A stretch of 64,000 nucleotides of DNA from Candidatus Poribacteria bacterium (GTDB lineage: Bacteria; Poribacteria; WGA-4E; PCPOR2b), in the NCBI GenBank assembly GCA_965208325.1, contig OZ242326.1, positions 1,920,001-1,984,000 of the forward strand. Direction: 5' to 3'. The first letter of the stretch is position 1; every line of letters starts with the position of its first letter. Of the stretch, positions 19,338 to 28,660 are shown one piece after another. A model generated the notes under the pieces. That model worked only from the letters and a program-made list of their open reading frames with translations, did no database searches and was not told the DNA's origin. The position numbers were made by a program, and so were the translations under genes.

Positions 19338-20624
19338 ATGGCGAAGATTGAAGGATTCAGAGTAAAAAATTTTATGGTGCTCAAGGATGTTACCCTCGGG
19401 CGGGTCTGGAGCAAGCGGGATCGTAAACCCCTCACCGTTATGACGGCGGTTATCGGGAAAAACGGGGTGGGCAAAAGCGCGCTGATTGATGCATTTGGGT
19501 TTCTTGCCGACGCCCTTAAATCGGGAGTTGAGGATGCTTGCCACCAACGGGGGCGCGGCGGCTTTCAGACGTTGAGGTCGCAAGGGCAAACTGGTCCCAT
19601 TGAGTTTGAGGTTTATTACAGAGAAAGCAGCAAAACTCAGCCCATAACCTACGAGATCGCCATTGGCGAAGACCATTCCGGACGCCCATACGTCTGGGAA
19701 GAACGCCTCAGACAGGGACCAAAAGGCCGTAGATCATTTCATTTTTTGTATCTCAAGTATGGCAGAGGGATGGCATTGAAGGGCACACAAACAGGCCGCC
19801 AAATTGACGAAAAAATTGAACAAATTGATCTTGCAAGTTGCGCGAATTCAATTACGGCAGATGAATCTAGTGAGACTGAAACGGTCGAATTGAGAGACGG
19901 GCGTCAACTCGGCATTACGTCGCTCGGTGCCCTGAAGCAGCATCCGAGAATTTCCGATTTTCGCCAATTTATTGAGGGATGGTATCTCAGCTACTTCAGG
20001 CCGGACGCAGCACGCAGCCTGCCACTCGCTGGGCCGCAACCACATCTCAATACGCGCGGAGACAACCTCGGCAATGTCGTGCAATTTATGGAACGCGAAC
20101 ATCCGCGGCGTTTCAAGAAACTCTTGAACGGCATCGCAGAGAAGATACCCGGCATAGACCGGATTGACACGGTAAAAACCACTGACGGAAGGCTCCTACT
20201 CCGATTCAACGACAAGGGATTTACCGATCCCTTTTACGCCCAGCAGGTGTCCGACGGTACGCTCAAGGTCTTCGCTTACCTGCTGCTGCTGGCGGATCCG
20301 AAACCGCCCCCGTTTCTGTGTATCGAAGAACCCGAAAACGGATTATACCACAAACTATTGGAGACCTTGGCGAACGAATTCCGAGACCACACCAGTCGGG
20401 GCAACAATAGGTCGCAGGTCTTTGTCACTACCCATCAACCGTACTTCGTTGATGCGCTCGATCCAGCGGAGGTCTGGATTCTAGAGAAGGGTGCGGACGG
20501 CTTTTCGACAATTCGACGGGCAAGCGACGATCCAATCGTAAGCAACATGGTCGCCGAGGGATTGCCGTTGGGGGGCCTCTGGTACAGCAACTATCTGGAC
20601 GCGAGGCAATTCGATGCACTTTGA
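19338..20624 (+). CDS. ABC-type AAA_21-like ATPase
   Basis: GKNGVGKS, VSDGTL signature, IEEPENGL, TTHQPY, GLPLGGLWY terminus. Confidence 0.87.
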   Translation: MAKIEGFRVKNFMVLKDVTLGRVWSKRDRKPLTVMTAVIGKNGVGKSALIDAFGFLADALKSGVEDACHQRGRGGFQTLRSQGQTGPIEFEVYYRESSKTQPITYEIAIGEDHSGRPYVWEERLRQGPKGRRSFHFLYLKYGRGMALKGTQTGRQIDEKIEQIDLASCANSITADESSETETVELRDGRQLGITSLGALKQHPRISDFRQFIEGWYLSYFRPDAARSLPLAGPQPHLNTRGDNLGNVVQFMEREHPRRFKKLLNGIAEKIPGIDRIDTVKTTDGRLLLRFNDKGFTDPFYAQQVSDGTLKVFAYLLLLADPKPPPFLCIEEPENGLYHKLLETLANEFRDHTSRGNNRSQVFVTTHQPYFVDALDPAEVWILEKGADGFSTIRRASDDPIVSNMVAEGLPLGGLWYSNYLDARQFDAL

Positions 20625-21261
20625 GATTCTCGTCGAAGACCTGTCCGGAAAAAGGGCGCTTGATATTTTGATGCCGAAAATTCTCGACGAGCAGCATACA
20701 TTCAATGTAAAAAATTACCGAGGAATTGGACGTATTCCAAAAAACCTCACCGGTAATACCGTTGGCAAACGATTATTACTTCATCAACTTCCAAAGCTAC
20801 TCCGGGGGTATGGAAAAACCTTTGCTGGATACCACTCCAGCTATCCCGCAGCAGTGATTCTGGTTTGCGATTTGGATGACAAGTGTTTGAAGACATTTCG
20901 TCAGGAACTAATTGAAGTTTTGAATGCGTGCCACCCGAAACCGGAGACTCGGTTCTGCATTGCTATCGAAGAGGGTGAAGCTTGGCTGCTCGGAGATATA
21001 CCTGCAATCAAGACAGCCTACCCAAAAGCGAAGGACAATGTGTTGAATGATTACGAAAACGACTCGATTTGCGGAACTTGGGAACTTCTGGCAGACGCCG
21101 TATTTATCACTGGATCGCGTGCACTCAAAAAGCAAGCAGGGCAGGCGTTGGGCATGCAGAAATCGGCTTGGGCAGAGAACATCGCACCGCACATGGATGT
21201 AGATGCCAACGCATCCGCAAGTTTCCGGTATTTTCGGGATAAGATACGAGACCTAATCTGA
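20614..21261 (+). CDS. DUF4276-like TOPRIM-fold partner protein
   Basis: EILVED start, LVCDLDD DxD motif, AIEEGEAWLLGD, N.S.SF.YF terminus; overlaps the ATPase stop. Confidence 0.72.
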   Translation: MHFEILVEDLSGKRALDILMPKILDEQHTFNVKNYRGIGRIPKNLTGNTVGKRLLLHQLPKLLRGYGKTFAGYHSSYPAAVILVCDLDDKCLKTFRQELIEVLNACHPKPETRFCIAIEEGEAWLLGDIPAIKTAYPKAKDNVLNDYENDSICGTWELLADAVFITGSRALKKQAGQALGMQKSAWAENIAPHMDVDANASASFRYFRDKIRDLI

Positions 21262-21334
21262 AACCGATCGTGATTTTGGTGAATTCGCCTTTTCTTAAAA
21301 GAAAAATCCTTCACCAAATGAGGATGACACGAAA

Positions 21335-24300
21335 ATGAAATCGACACCGAAACCGTGGCACGAAGTTGTTCAATTGCGCGATGATGTTAGGACCCGTGAA
21401 CTATCGCTGGCGGTGTTTGCCGCTGACCTTTACGACGTGGTGATGCAAAAGGGTAAACGCCCGGCTTACGAGAATCCTGACGAGTTTTTTGCCCTCACCT
21501 ATCCCACGTACAACCTGCGCGAACTGGTCAAGGACGTTGCCCTGCGGTTGGCGCGGCGGAGCGACAAGGCGTATCGGACACTCTCAGTCAACTACGGCGG
21601 CGGCAAGACGCACACGCTCATCACGCTCAAGCATCTGGTGGAAGACCCTACTGCATTGCCGGAGCTTCCCGCAATCGATGAGTTTGAAGCGCACATCGGA
21701 CAGAAGCCGCCATCGACTCGGTGCGCTGCGTTGTGTTTCGACAAGATTGATCTGGAAAAAGGCGTCCAAACGCTCGGTCCCGACGGTTCAGTCGCCCAAC
21801 TCAAACGTCCGTGGAGCGTGCTCGCTTATCAGATTGCTGGTTCGGACGGTCTACGACTGCTTCACGCCGATGGCAAAGATATTGAGCGAGATACGCCGCC
21901 CGCAGAACCCGTTTTATCGGAATTGCTGTCAAAGCCGCAGAGAGACAATCTCTCGACTTTAGTGCTCTTGGACGAGGTGCTGATGTACCTGCGCGATATG
22001 GTTGAAACCGACGGGAGTTGGCGCGGCCGACTGCTCAGTTTCTTCCAACACCTGACGAGTTCGGTGGTAAAGGTTGACCGTTGCGCCATGGTGGCTTCGC
22101 TGCGCGCTTCTGATCATAACAAGCACGATGACCTCGGAAAAGAGCTCCTCGCCGAGGTGTCAGATGTCTTTGGTAGACAGATGGAAGAGACTTCCAGTCC
22201 CATTAGCAAAGAGGACGTAGCGGAAGTGCTCCGTCGGCGTTTCTTCAAACCCGAGTCCATACAAGACAAGGACGCATTTCGACCTCAAGTGACCGCTGTC
22301 GTCCGCAGCATCTCCGCGCTTGATGAAGAGACGAAGAAGGCGCAGAAGGCAGAGGAGGAACGATATTTGAACAGTTATCCGTTCCATCCGGACCTCACCG
22401 AAACCTTCTACAGCCGCTGGACGCAGCTTGAAAGATTTCAACGTACCCGAGGTATCTTGCGCACCTTCGCTACGGCATTGCGAGACGCCGAAAAGTGGGA
22501 CACCGGACCGTTAATTGGGCCAAATGTTTTTCTGGCGGAGCCGGGAAAGACCGGTTTAACTGAAGCCGCGAGCGAACTCACCTCCTTTGCCAGCGTGGAT
22601 GCGACGTCGGGCCAACACCAAGAATGGGGGCCTATTCTTGAGGGCGAGTTAAAAAAAGCGGCTACCATCCAGTCTGAAACCACCGGTTTAACCGGAAGAG
22701 AGATAGAGCAGGCGGTCGTAACGGTGTTCTTGAGTTCCCAGCCAGCCGCCCACAAAGCGTTGACGCCGGAGCTGATGGTATTGATTGGCACTGCCAACCC
22801 GGACAAAATTGGGTTGGAAAAAGCGCTGCGCCGCTGGACTGAATTGTCTTGGTTTTTGGACGAACAGGAGATTGCCACCGGAGAATCCGATGCCGGCGGC
22901 GCCACAGCATTGCCTAAGGCTTGGCGGCTGGGCAATCGGCCCAACCTGCGACAGATGCATCACGCGGCATGTACGACTCGTGTTCCCCCAAGTCTTATTG
23001 ATTCAAAGATTATCGAGGCGATTGAGAAACAGAAAGAACTGGTTTCAGGCGCCTCCGCTGCTGGCGCCAAGGTGCACAAGCTACCTGAGCAACCCCGCCA
23101 TATCGCAGATGACGGCGATTTCCACTATGCGATTCTTCGTCCGAGTGCGGTCTCGGAATCCGGCAAACCGAGCGCCGAAGCCAAGCGGTTCATTAATGAA
23201 ACGACTGCGTCCGACCGACCGCGTGTGAATCGCAATGCGGTCGTGTTGGCGGTGCCCTCTAGGGATGGACTTGAAATGGCGCGGGAGCGCGTCCGCCAGT
23301 ACCTCGGTTGGGAGGAGGTTCGCGATCAACTCAAAGACCAACAGATTGATGCTATCCGCGACCAGATGCTCGTAACCGAGATGGACAAGGCACGCAGACG
23401 CATTCCAGATGCTATCAAGCAGGCGTACTCCATCGTGGTAACGGTCAACGAGAGCAATGAGATTCACGCTTTCAAAGTGGTTGTGACCGACCAACCGCTG
23501 TTTACGACCATCAAGGCGGACAAGCGAGCGCGAATCCAAGAGACAGCTATCAGCGCTGAAGCCATGATGCCGGGCGGGCCTTACGACCTGTGGCGCGACG
23601 ACGAGCAGTCGCGCCGCGTCAAGGACTTGGTCGGCGCTTTCGCACAATTCCCGAAACTGCCCAAGATGCTGCGGTCTAAGGGAATTATGGACACTGTTGT
23701 GGGCGGCGTTCAGCAGGGCATCTGGGCGGCGCGATACGCGCGTCCGGATAAGACGACGAAGACCTTTTGGCGCACGGCAATTGATGAACACGCGCTTGAT
23801 GAGTCGGGCCTTGAAGTGCTGCTGCCGGAATCGGCAACGTTGAGCGAACTGCCGTCCAATCTGCTCAAGCACCAAGAGCTGCCGGGGTTATGGCAGTCCG
23901 ACGAGATTACGGTTCAAAGCCTGTACGACTACTTCGCAGGGGGTTATGTCGTGAACATCCCCAAGGACGGTTATGAAGAGCCGCTCACCATCCCCAAATG
24001 CGATCCTGCGGTCGTTGATGCCGCAGTATCGGAAGCCGTCGAACTGGGGACGGTCTGGTTGACCAGCGGACCGGCTTCAATTCTTAATGAACCCGTGCCT
24101 GCAGGAGTGCTTAACGCCGAGGCGACCCTACGACCGCCGCCTGCCCCGATTCCTGTGAATGAGTTGATGGAGGAGGCAACCCCCCAGGCGTGGGAGGATG
24201 GCAAAACTACGGCGCTCGCCCTAGTTACTGCGCTCTCGCAAAAACGGAGTGCGACGCTGCCGTGGCAGACGGTGCGTTCGGCGATAGATGACGCTATTCG

Positions 24301-24637
24301 TGCGAAATGGCTGGCACTACGTAACGACAGCGCGTACTGGCCGTGCGACTTGACGGGGGCTCAACACGTGGTGCTTCAAGTCCCACAGACTCGGGATCCC
24401 GTTCCGCCGATTCCCCCAAAACCCGCGGGCCTCCTTGTAGCTACAGCGGATTTAGAAGCCCACGGCATTCAAGACTTAGCGGATCAGATTCCGGATATTA
24501 CAGACGCGGCGATCGGGGAGGATTTAAAATTTAACATCCGCGTTGAGCTTGGGGGTGAAACACCGCCAGATCCGGAGGCGGTGGAAAAAATCAACAGGCT
24601 GCTCGCCGAGGTGTCTGAGGACATGAAACTGGAGTGA
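21335..24637 (+). CDS. DUF499 family AAA+ ATPase (BrxC/PglY-related)
   Basis: KPWHEVV..R.DV...FAADL..V, FFALTYPT, Walker A NYGGGKTH, Walker B LLDE, LRRRFF, YPFHP, FQRTRGILR. Confidence 0.87.
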   Translation: MKSTPKPWHEVVQLRDDVRTRELSLAVFAADLYDVVMQKGKRPAYENPDEFFALTYPTYNLRELVKDVALRLARRSDKAYRTLSVNYGGGKTHTLITLKHLVEDPTALPELPAIDEFEAHIGQKPPSTRCAALCFDKIDLEKGVQTLGPDGSVAQLKRPWSVLAYQIAGSDGLRLLHADGKDIERDTPPAEPVLSELLSKPQRDNLSTLVLLDEVLMYLRDMVETDGSWRGRLLSFFQHLTSSVVKVDRCAMVASLRASDHNKHDDLGKELLAEVSDVFGRQMEETSSPISKEDVAEVLRRRFFKPESIQDKDAFRPQVTAVVRSISALDEETKKAQKAEEERYLNSYPFHPDLTETFYSRWTQLERFQRTRGILRTFATALRDAEKWDTGPLIGPNVFLAEPGKTGLTEAASELTSFASVDATSGQHQEWGPILEGELKKAATIQSETTGLTGREIEQAVVTVFLSSQPAAHKALTPELMVLIGTANPDKIGLEKALRRWTELSWFLDEQEIATGESDAGGATALPKAWRLGNRPNLRQMHHAACTTRVPPSLIDSKIIEAIEKQKELVSGASAAGAKVHKLPEQPRHIADDGDFHYAILRPSAVSESGKPSAEAKRFINETTASDRPRVNRNAVVLAVPSRDGLEMARERVRQYLGWEEVRDQLKDQQIDAIRDQMLVTEMDKARRRIPDAIKQAYSIVVTVNESNEIHAFKVVVTDQPLFTTIKADKRARIQETAISAEAMMPGGPYDLWRDDEQSRRVKDLVGAFAQFPKLPKMLRSKGIMDTVVGGVQQGIWAARYARPDKTTKTFWRTAIDEHALDESGLEVLLPESATLSELPSNLLKHQELPGLWQSDEITVQSLYDYFAGGYVVNIPKDGYEEPLTIPKCDPAVVDAAVSEAVELGTVWLTSGPASILNEPVPAGVLNAEATLRPPPAPIPVNELMEEATPQAWEDGKTTALALVTALSQKRSATLPWQTVRSAIDDAIRAKWLALRNDSAYWPCDLTGAQHVVLQVPQTRDPVPPIPPKPAGLLVATADLEAHGIQDLADQIPDITDAAIGEDLKFNIRVELGGETPPDPEAVEKINRLLAEVSEDMKLE

Positions 24638-24638
24638 T

Positions 24639-27600
24639 ATGCACACGTATGATGGTGGGATTCGGCTTAGTGCTTCTGATTTAGTTAATCATCTGAGTTG
24701 CCGGCATCTGACGCAGTTGAATACGGCGGTGGCGTTGGGGGAAATGGTTGCGCCGTCACGCCACGATTCACTCTTGGAGTTGCTGCAGCAGCGGGGTGCA
24801 GACCACGAGGAGAATTATATCCGGCACCTGAAGGACCGTGGGTTGGAAATCGTGCGCATTGGCGGCGAATCCGTTCAGGACATGAACGTAAAACAGACGG
24901 AGGCAGCCATGCGCCGCGGGGCCGATGTCATCGTTCAGGGTGCGCTCGCGCACGGACGGTGGTGCGGACGCGCCGATATCCTGCGGCGCGTGGATGCGCC
25001 CAGCCGGCTCGGTAGATGGTCTTACGAGGTCTACGACACCAAGCTCTCCCGCGAGACTAAAGGCGCAACCATTCTGCAGTTATCCCTGTATACCGATCTG
25101 GTTGAGCAGATTCAGGGCGAACTCCCGGCGCAGATGTACGTGGTCGTCCCATGGACGGAATTTCAGGAAGAGCCGTACCGTACCGACGACTACGCAGCCT
25201 ACTACCGGTTGGTTCGGCACAGCCTAGAGCAGGCGTTGGACCAAGAGATACCTGCCGATACCTACCCGGATCCAAAATCTCATTGCGATATCTGCCGCTG
25301 GCAGCGCCCATGCGAACAGCGCCGGCGTAATGACGATCATCTCTGTTTGGTGGCGGGAATTTCGAACTCGCAGATTCGAGAACTTCAGTCACGCGACGTT
25401 AGCAAGACCGCAACTCTGGCGGCAGAGCCGCTACCGCTGGCTTGGCAACCGAAACGCGGCGCTAAGTGGAGTTACGAACGGGTACGAGAGCAGGCGCGCG
25501 TGCAGGTAGCGGGGCGGACTCAGAATCGACTAATCTCTGAAACGCTTGAATTAGCGCCGGACCGCGGCCTTTCCATGCTACCCGATCCGTCGCCGGGAGA
25601 CATGTTCTTCGATTTCGAGGGCGACCCGTTCGTCGGTGACGGCGGACTGGATTATCTGATTGGCCATATTGTCACCGACGCCGACGAGGTTCACCGACAC
25701 TCCGCACTTTGGGCGTTCACCCGTGCGGACGAGAAAGACAGTTTTGAGCGCTTCGTCGACATCGTGGTGGCGCGCTGGGCGGAGTATTCCGACATGCACA
25801 TCTACCACTTCGGCGGCTACGCGCCGGGGGCGATGAAGCGGTTGATGGGGCGTTATGCCACCCGCGAGGACGAGGTTGACCGGATGCTGCGTGCAGATCT
25901 TTTTGTCGATCTCTACCGCGTAATGCGCGAGGGGATTCGTGCCAGCGTGGAGAGTTATTCGCTCAGAAATATGGAGGCGTTCTACGGCTTCCAGCGCAGC
26001 GTGCCGACTAGGGAAGCACACCTGTCCAACTTCAGCATCCAGTCGGCTTTGGCGTTAGGCGATGCACCTAGTATCAGCGATTTTGACAAGGCAACCGTGG
26101 CGCGCGCTAACCGGGACCGCTGCGTCTCCGCATCACGGTTGCGCGATTGGCTTGAACAGGAACGGGAAAAACTCATCGAATCGGGCGAGGAGATTGAAAG
26201 ACCTGAAGCGGGAGACGGCGAGGCGTCGGCGAAGATTAGCGAACGCCAAGAACGGGCCGCGTCGTTATCTAAAGCCATTGCGAGGGATGTCCCAGTGGAT
26301 TCGGAGGAACGGACTGCAGAAGAGCAGGCGAGGTGGGTGCTGGCTAACCTGTTGGACTGGCACCGACGGGAGGAGAAGGCGACGTGGTGGGAGTTCTTCA
26401 GGTTGGCGGAATTGTCTGCAGAAGACTTGAGCGAGGAGCGGTCGGCACTCTCCGGCCTAGCGTTCATAGAATCGGTAGGCGGCACAACCGCAGCGCCGGT
26501 GCACCGCTACCGGTTCGAACCTCAAGAGACCGAACTGGAGGGCGGCGAGTCGCTGTATAGCTATGGCGCCAAAAGGTTTGGGACTTTAGTAAGAATTAAT
26601 CCTCAGACACGCACCGCTGACATCAAGAAACGGCGAGATACTGCGCTGTTTCACCCGACTGCTGTTTACGCTCACGACCGGGTACCGACCGAAGTGCTGG
26701 CAGACGCCCTCTTGCGCATCGGCGAACACGTTGCCGAGAACGGCATTACCGTCGGCGGCGACGATAACACTGCCAAGGATCTCTTGCTGCGGCAGCCGCC
26801 TCGCCTGGAAGGAAATCCTATCCGCCGGGCAGGAGAAACCGCTTTGCAGGCGGCTACCCGTATCGCGCCCTTGCTAGACGCGGGCGTGCTGCCGATCCAA
26901 GGGCCGCCGGGCGCGGGCAAGACTTACACCGGCGCGCGGATGATTGTTGAGCTTATCAAATCCGGCAAACAGGTCGGCATCACCGCCAACAGCCACAAGG
27001 TTATACGAAATCTTTTGGACGAGGTGATGCGCGCGGCTCAAGGACAGGACATCCCGGTCGAGGCGATCCAGAAGTGTTCTGAGGAGGACTTTGAGGCAAG
27101 TGCGTACGGCATTGCGCGGGCAACGAGCAATGCCGGCTTGTTCTCTGCGCTAGCTTTTGGGACAGAGGTTGCCGGCGGCTCAGCTTGGTTATGGAGCCGT
27201 CCGGAGGCTGCGGGCGTATTAGACGTGCTATTTATCGACGAGGCGGCACAGATGTCTCTTGCTAACGTGCTAGCGGTATCGCATGCCGCGGACAGCCTAG
27301 TTCTGTTGGGCGATCCGCAGCAGTTGGACCAACCGACTAAGGGTACGCACCCCGACGGCACCGGCGTATCGGCGCTGGCACATTTGTTGGGCGGCCGACA
27401 GACGATTGCGGAGCATCAGGGGTTGTTCCTGGAGGAGACCTGGCGGTTGCATCCTGCAATTTGTGAATTCACGTCCGACGCCTTTTACCAAGGTAGGCTG
27501 CAATCACGGCAAGGTATGGAAATTCAACAGGTCAACTCTAGCAGTCCCGTATCGGGCACGGGGCTGCGCTTGATGCCGGTGCAACACGAAGGGAATCGAA

Positions 27601-28052
27601 ATTCGTCGGTTGAAGAGGCGGAGCGAGTCGCCGAGCTGTTCCGGCGGTTGACTGACGGTACGTCCGTGTGGACAAACGACAAGGGTGAAACGCTGCCGGT
27701 GGCGACGCATGACGTGCTGATAATCACGCCCTACAACGCGCAGGTGTCGGAGTTGATGAATCGGCTGCCGGATGCCAGGATTGGGACAGTTGACAAGTTC
27801 CAGGGGCAAGAAGCCCCGGTGGTGATTTACTCGATGGCGACATCGTCGCCGGAGGATGCGCCGCGGGGAATGGAATTTCTGTATAGCCTCAACCGGCTCA
27901 ACGTCGCCACTTCGCGGGCACGCTGCGTCTGCGTATTGGCGGCATCTCCGAAACTGTTCGAACCGGAGTGCCACACGCCGCGCCAAATGAAGCTCGCCAA
28001 CGCATTCTGCCGCTACCGGGAGTTGGCTACAGAGATAACGGCGTTGGATTAA
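24639..28052 (+). CDS. TM0106-family RecB/Cas4-like nuclease + RNase H-like domain + SF1 (Upf1/Dna2-like) helicase
   Basis: LSASDL..HLSCRH, GRADIL..YEVYDTK..LQL.LY, HCDICRW...C; FFDFEG; QGPPGAGKT, IDEAAQ, GDPQQL, ITPYNAQ, TVDKFQGQEA, NRLNVATSRAR. Confidence 0.88.
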   Translation: MHTYDGGIRLSASDLVNHLSCRHLTQLNTAVALGEMVAPSRHDSLLELLQQRGADHEENYIRHLKDRGLEIVRIGGESVQDMNVKQTEAAMRRGADVIVQGALAHGRWCGRADILRRVDAPSRLGRWSYEVYDTKLSRETKGATILQLSLYTDLVEQIQGELPAQMYVVVPWTEFQEEPYRTDDYAAYYRLVRHSLEQALDQEIPADTYPDPKSHCDICRWQRPCEQRRRNDDHLCLVAGISNSQIRELQSRDVSKTATLAAEPLPLAWQPKRGAKWSYERVREQARVQVAGRTQNRLISETLELAPDRGLSMLPDPSPGDMFFDFEGDPFVGDGGLDYLIGHIVTDADEVHRHSALWAFTRADEKDSFERFVDIVVARWAEYSDMHIYHFGGYAPGAMKRLMGRYATREDEVDRMLRADLFVDLYRVMREGIRASVESYSLRNMEAFYGFQRSVPTREAHLSNFSIQSALALGDAPSISDFDKATVARANRDRCVSASRLRDWLEQEREKLIESGEEIERPEAGDGEASAKISERQERAASLSKAIARDVPVDSEERTAEEQARWVLANLLDWHRREEKATWWEFFRLAELSAEDLSEERSALSGLAFIESVGGTTAAPVHRYRFEPQETELEGGESLYSYGAKRFGTLVRINPQTRTADIKKRRDTALFHPTAVYAHDRVPTEVLADALLRIGEHVAENGITVGGDDNTAKDLLLRQPPRLEGNPIRRAGETALQAATRIAPLLDAGVLPIQGPPGAGKTYTGARMIVELIKSGKQVGITANSHKVIRNLLDEVMRAAQGQDIPVEAIQKCSEEDFEASAYGIARATSNAGLFSALAFGTEVAGGSAWLWSRPEAAGVLDVLFIDEAAQMSLANVLAVSHAADSLVLLGDPQQLDQPTKGTHPDGTGVSALAHLLGGRQTIAEHQGLFLEETWRLHPAICEFTSDAFYQGRLQSRQGMEIQQVNSSSPVSGTGLRLMPVQHEGNRNSSVEEAERVAELFRRLTDGTSVWTNDKGETLPVATHDVLIITPYNAQVSELMNRLPDARIGTVDKFQGQEAPVVIYSMATSSPEDAPRGMEFLYSLNRLNVATSRARCVCVLAASPKLFEPECHTPRQMKLANAFCRYRELATEITALD

Positions 28053-28163
28053 TACACTGTACCTTCGGCGAACCCGGCGCTGCGCGTCCAATTTCTCGTG
28101 AATCCGCCGGACGAAATTCTGCGTTGAGATGATTGATATAAACAACCAACAAAGGAGCGAATC

Positions 28164-28547
28164 ATGAAGATACAACTGGCGGGTGTAGTTGTTGACGACC
28201 AAGACAAAGCGCTTAAATTCTATACCGACGTACTGGGGTTTGTTAAGAAACAGGATTTTCCGGTGGGGCAATTTAGGTGGATTACAGTTATTTCACCGGA
28301 AGGACACGATGATGTTGAATTGGTGCTTGAACCTAACGAAAACCCGGCGTCCAAGACTTTCCAAAAGTCGATCTACGAGCAGGGAATTCCGTACACGTCA
28401 TTTGCGGTTGACGATATTCAAAAAGAGTACGAACGATTGACCGCACTAGGCGTCGAATTTAAGGTGGCGCCGACGGAAACGGGAGCGGTGATTACGGCCA
28501 TATTTGATGACACCTGCGGCAATCTCATACAGATCCATCAGGTCTAA
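28164..28547 (+). CDS. VOC/glyoxalase family protein
   Basis: VDDQDKALKFYTDVLGF...FDDTCGNLIQIHQ; aaggag RBS. Confidence 0.88.
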   Translation: MKIQLAGVVVDDQDKALKFYTDVLGFVKKQDFPVGQFRWITVISPEGHDDVELVLEPNENPASKTFQKSIYEQGIPYTSFAVDDIQKEYERLTALGVEFKVAPTETGAVITAIFDDTCGNLIQIHQV

Positions 28548-28660
28548 CCGGTTATTTTTTACAATCGGTCAATTTTTGGTAATTTCAACGATTTACCTCC
28601 GGCGTCCGTGAGCGTCCGGTGAGGCGACAGCGCCGTGAGGAAGAACTGGAGCGTATTAGG

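Noticed and set aside
4716..24637. Canonical BREX, DISARM or type I/III RM system
   Set aside because: No PglZ, BrxA/B/L, DrmA/B, HsdS or Res motifs were recognised. It is called BREX-related only.
24639..25400. Cas4 implying a CRISPR adaptation module
   Set aside because: The Cas4/RecB-like domain is the N-terminus of a TM0106-type helicase fusion, with no cas1/cas2 or array.
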